Part shown: positions 60,789-64,000 of the stretch, piece by piece
Numbering within the stretch: position 1 is the stretch's first letter
Layout: each line of letters starts with the position of its first letter
NCBI GenBank assembly: GCA_963799685.1
Contig: CAWCXW010000002.1
Location: 46,958 to 110,957, forward strand
Source: an uncultured Actinomycetota bacterium
GTDB taxonomy: Bacteria; Actinomycetota; Actinomycetes; Streptomycetales; Streptomycetaceae
Reading direction: 5' to 3'
DNA length: 64,000 bases
Made by a program: the position numbers and the translations under genes
Notes under the pieces: model-generated
What the model was told of the DNA's origin: nothing
Database searches by the model: none
The model's input: only the letters and a program-made list of their open reading frames with translations

Positions 60789-61544
60789 ATGTGCCGGCAT
60801 CTCGCACACCTGGGCCCGCCCCGGCCGCTCGCCCGCACCCTGACCGAGCCGCCCCACTCCCTGTACCGCCAGTCCTGGGCGCCGCGCAGGCAGCAGCACG
60901 GCACGGTCAACGCGGACGGCTTCGGCGTGGGCTGGTACGCCGGGGACGACCCCGTGCCCGCGCGCTACCGGCGGGCGCGTCCGGTCTGGGCCGACCCCTC
61001 GTTCGCCGACCTGGCCCGCGTGGTGCACACCGGCGCCTTGCTGGCCGCCGTCCGTGACATCACCGAGGGCTGCGCCGCCGAGGAGTCGGCCACCGCGCCC
61101 TTCGCGGCCGGGCCTCACCTGTTCAGCCACAACGGCGCCCTGACCGGCTGGCCGGACATCGCCGCGGACGTGGCCGGCCGGCTGTCCACCTCCGATCTGC
61201 TGTCGGTGGAGTCCCGCTGCGACTCCGCGCTGGTATGGGCCGCCGTGCAAGGTGCCCTGCGCGAGGGAGCCGGGCAGGGCCCGGCCCTCGCCCGCACCAC
61301 GGTCCGCTTCGCCCGTTCCGCGCCCGGCTCACGGCTGAACCTCTTGCTCACCGACGGTAGCGAGATCGCCGCGACTGCTTGCGGCGACACCCTGTGGTAC
61401 CTGCACGACCCCGGCCGGAGCCTGACCGTCGCCTCCGAGCCGCATGACGACGATCCCCGCTGGCGCGAGGTTCCCGACCGCCACGTGCTGACCGGCACCC
61501 GCACCTCCGTCCACCTCGCCGCCCTTGAGGAGCCCCGGCAATGA
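60789..61544 (+). CDS. egtC: Ergothioneine amidohydrolase
   Basis: N-terminal MCRH (Ntn Cys), NADGFGVGW, FSHNG, VASEP. Confidence 0.93.
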   Translation: MCRHLAHLGPPRPLARTLTEPPHSLYRQSWAPRRQQHGTVNADGFGVGWYAGDDPVPARYRRARPVWADPSFADLARVVHTGALLAAVRDITEGCAAEESATAPFAAGPHLFSHNGALTGWPDIAADVAGRLSTSDLLSVESRCDSALVWAAVQGALREGAGQGPALARTTVRFARSAPGSRLNLLLTDGSEIAATACGDTLWYLHDPGRSLTVASEPHDDDPRWREVPDRHVLTGTRTSVHLAALEEPRQ

Positions 61545-62506
61545 GCCCTTTCACCCTCACCCGCAGCCTCCCGGCCGACGCCACCGCCGAGGCCCTGCGC
61601 ACCGATGTCCGTGACGGCCTGACCCGCCGCCCCAAGCAGCTGCCTCCCAAGTGGTTCTACGACGCCCGCGGCAGCGAGCTCTTCGAGGAGATCACCCGGT
61701 TGCCCGCCTACTACCCCACCCGAGCCGAACGGGAGATCCTCACCGATCGTGCCGGCGACATCGCCCGCCATACCGGCACCCGCACCTTGGTCGAACTCGG
61801 TTCCGGCTCGGCGGAGAAGGCCGCGCTGTTGCTGGACGCACTGCACGGCCCGCTGCACTACGTGCCCGTCGACGTCAGCGAATCCGCTCTGCGCGGAGCG
61901 GCCGGCGCCCTGCTCGCCGACCGCCCGGAGCTGTCCGTCCACGCGCACGTCGCCGACTTCCTCGGACCGATAGCCCTGCCCGTCACGCCCGGCCCGCGGC
62001 TCTTCGCCTTCCTGGGCGGCACCATCGGCAACCTGCTGCCCGGCGAACGTGCCCGCTTCCTCGCCGAACTCGGCACGCTGCTCGACCGTGAGGACTCGCT
62101 GCTGCTGGGAACCGACCTGGTGAAGGAGCCGGCGACGCTGCTGGCTGCCTACGACGACCCACAGGGCGTCACCGGAGCCTTCAACAAGAACGTGCTCACC
62201 GTCATCGACCGGGAACTGGGTGCCGACTTCGACCCGGAGGACTTCGCACACGTTGCCCACTGGGACGAAGAACAGGAGTGGATCGAGATGCGGCTGAGGG
62301 CCCGCAGACCGCTCACCGCCAAGATTCCGGCCCTCGACCTGACCGTGGACTTCGCCGAGGGGGAGGAACTGCGCACCGAGGTGTCCGCGAAGTTCCGCGA
62401 GGAGCGCGTCCGCGCCGAACTGGCCGAGGCGGGTCTCACACTGCGCCGCTTCTGGACGGACGACGCAGGCCGCTTCGCCCTGTCACTGTCCTCCCCGGCG
62501 GCCTGA
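61541..62506 (+). CDS. egtD: L-histidine N-alpha-trimethyltransferase
   Basis: LPPKWFYDARGSELFEEIT, YYPTRAE, ELGSG, GTIGN, AYDD, TEVSAKF. Confidence 0.95.
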   Translation: MSPFTLTRSLPADATAEALRTDVRDGLTRRPKQLPPKWFYDARGSELFEEITRLPAYYPTRAEREILTDRAGDIARHTGTRTLVELGSGSAEKAALLLDALHGPLHYVPVDVSESALRGAAGALLADRPELSVHAHVADFLGPIALPVTPGPRLFAFLGGTIGNLLPGERARFLAELGTLLDREDSLLLGTDLVKEPATLLAAYDDPQGVTGAFNKNVLTVIDRELGADFDPEDFAHVAHWDEEQEWIEMRLRARRPLTAKIPALDLTVDFAEGEELRTEVSAKFREERVRAELAEAGLTLRRFWTDDAGRFALSLSSPAA

Positions 62507-62545
62507 GGGAACGCCGGGGAGGACGGGGGAACGGCGCGGTGTCGT

Positions 62546-63391
62546 TCAGGCGGGGGCGTGCGGGCGTGCGGGCGCCGGGCCCGGCCGGTGCTCCCACTCC
62601 GCGTCGACCTCCTGGTGGATGCGCCTGCAGGTGCGGCTGAGCAGTCTGGAGACGTGCATCTGCGAGATGCCCAGCTGCTCGGCGATGCTGGACTGTGTCA
62701 TGTCGCAGAAGAACCGCAGGTACAGGATGCGGCGTTCCCGCTCCGGCAGCCGGCGCAGCCGCGGCTTGACCGCCTCCCGGTACAGCACGTGGTCGTAGCC
62801 GGGCTCCGGGCCGCCCAGGGTGTCCATGAGCGCGTAGCCGTCGTCCGCGGTGGGCAGCTCGGCGTCCAGGGAGAGGGTGCTGTAGCTCTCCAGTGCCTCC
62901 ATGCCGACGAGTACGTCCTCCTCCGACAGCCCGCTGTGCTCGGCGATCTGCGCCACGGTGGGGGAGCGGTCCCCGAGCTCGGTGGACAACTCGCGGCAGC
63001 TCAGCCGCACCCGGTTGCGCAGCTCCTGGATACGGCGGGGAACGTGCAGGTCCCACATGTGGTCGCGGAAGTGCCGCTTGACCTCGCCGACGATGGTGGG
63101 CACCGCGAAGCTCTCGAAGGCCGTGCCGCGTGAGGGGTCGTAGCGTGCCACGGCCTTGACCAGCCCGAGTGCCGCCACCTGCTCCAGGTCCTCCAGCGTC
63201 TCCCCGCGGTTGCGGAAGCGCCTGGCCAGCCGCTTGGACATCGGTATCCACGCCCGGACGACCTCCTGCCGCAGCGCGTCCTTGGCAGGGCCGTCGGGCA
63301 TCGTGGAGATCCGCTCGAAGTCCGCAGCCGTGTCGGGGGCGTCGTCGTGGGGGTGGCGGGCTCGTTTGGCCCGGGGGCGAACGGTGTCCAT
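62546..63391 (-). CDS. SigB/SigF/SigG family sigma factor
   Basis: DLEQVAALGLVKAVARYDP, FAVPTIVGEVKRHFRD, LSLD, GISQMHVSRL. Confidence 0.93.
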   Translation of the reverse strand: MDTVRPRAKRARHPHDDAPDTAADFERISTMPDGPAKDALRQEVVRAWIPMSKRLARRFRNRGETLEDLEQVAALGLVKAVARYDPSRGTAFESFAVPTIVGEVKRHFRDHMWDLHVPRRIQELRNRVRLSCRELSTELGDRSPTVAQIAEHSGLSEEDVLVGMEALESYSTLSLDAELPTADDGYALMDTLGGPEPGYDHVLYREAVKPRLRRLPERERRILYLRFFCDMTQSSIAEQLGISQMHVSRLLSRTCRRIHQEVDAEWEHRPGPAPARPHAPA

Positions 63392-63850
63392 GGCGTCGCT
63401 CTCTCCTCTGCACGGTCGATCGGTTCGAGCGTTCACCGCGGAGGCGGCCGCGCTGGTACAGCGAGGCGGCCGCGTTCCACGGGTGTGCCTGCTGGGCGAA
63501 GCACGGGCGGAGCGATGTCTGTTTTGTCCGGTTCATTCTCCATGCTGCCCGATCCGGGACGGCCCGCAAGCCGGGAGATCCGACGGTGCCCGGCGCAGAG
63601 GGGTCGCACACGGAGAGGTTCGGCCACGTCCGAGGCGTTCGCGTGGCCATGTCCCGCGGACGGCTGCGCAGCGCGGCCGTCCCGAGCTGCGCGGCCGCCC
63701 ATGGGGCGAAGTCTGGAACGCCGCTGTCCCACGCCCGGCCGACGTCACGGAGACATTCCGAATCGTGAGAATGTACACGTCATACAGGGGGTAGTGAGTG
63801 GGAGTCCGCAGCCGGTGATCACCGCGTATCCGGCCCATCAAGGAGATCCC

Positions 63851-64000
63851 ATGAACCTTCGCAGAATCGCGGCGGTGGCCGCCGCCACCGCGCTTCCGCT
63901 CCTGGCGCTACCGGCCACCGCCCACGCCACCGTCGTCCCCGAGCACGCCGTGATCGTGTGCCAGAGCGCCTCCTTTTACGCCAACTACGACAGCTCCTCC
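63851..64000 (+). CDS. Secreted protein, runs off the window edge
   Basis: AAGGAG RBS; MNLRRIAAVAAATALPLLALPATAHA signal peptide. Confidence 0.75.
   Translation, partial: MNLRRIAAVAAATALPLLALPATAHATVVPEHAVIVCQSASFYANYDSSS

Overview
Very GC-rich actinobacterial chromosomal DNA, almost certainly Streptomyces or a close relative (chaplin, SigB/SigF-type sigma factor, egtABCD, typical core gene order). 1-34 kb looks like conserved core: EamA/XRE, CoA-binding protein, yigZ, an atypical radical SAM enzyme, sbcDC, DUF885, Lrp plus a PLP gamma-lyase, GntR/ROK regulators, mug, purB, two CNNM/hemolysin-family genes, bioDAB/bioF, clpP with an orphan Phd/YefM antitoxin, ctaG, gatD-murT, def, TetR/acyl-CoA dehydrogenase. 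34-64 kb looks like an accessory stress/persistence region: a His-tailed chaplin; a complete [NiFe]-hydrogenase maturation set (hypX, endopeptidase, hypABFCDE) with no hydrogenase subunit genes in the window; a MalY-type C-S lyase; an ECF sigma/DUF4232 pair; a choline-to-betaine operon; DUF427; an HpnR-like B12 radical SAM methylase; a molybdopterin oxidoreductase; egtABCD; and a SigB-family sigma factor. At least 13 genes are split by single-base frameshifts, several in homopolymers, which most likely reflects sequencing error. No rRNA, tRNA, CRISPR array or intact transposase was seen. All family calls come from motif recognition by eye; no database search was run.
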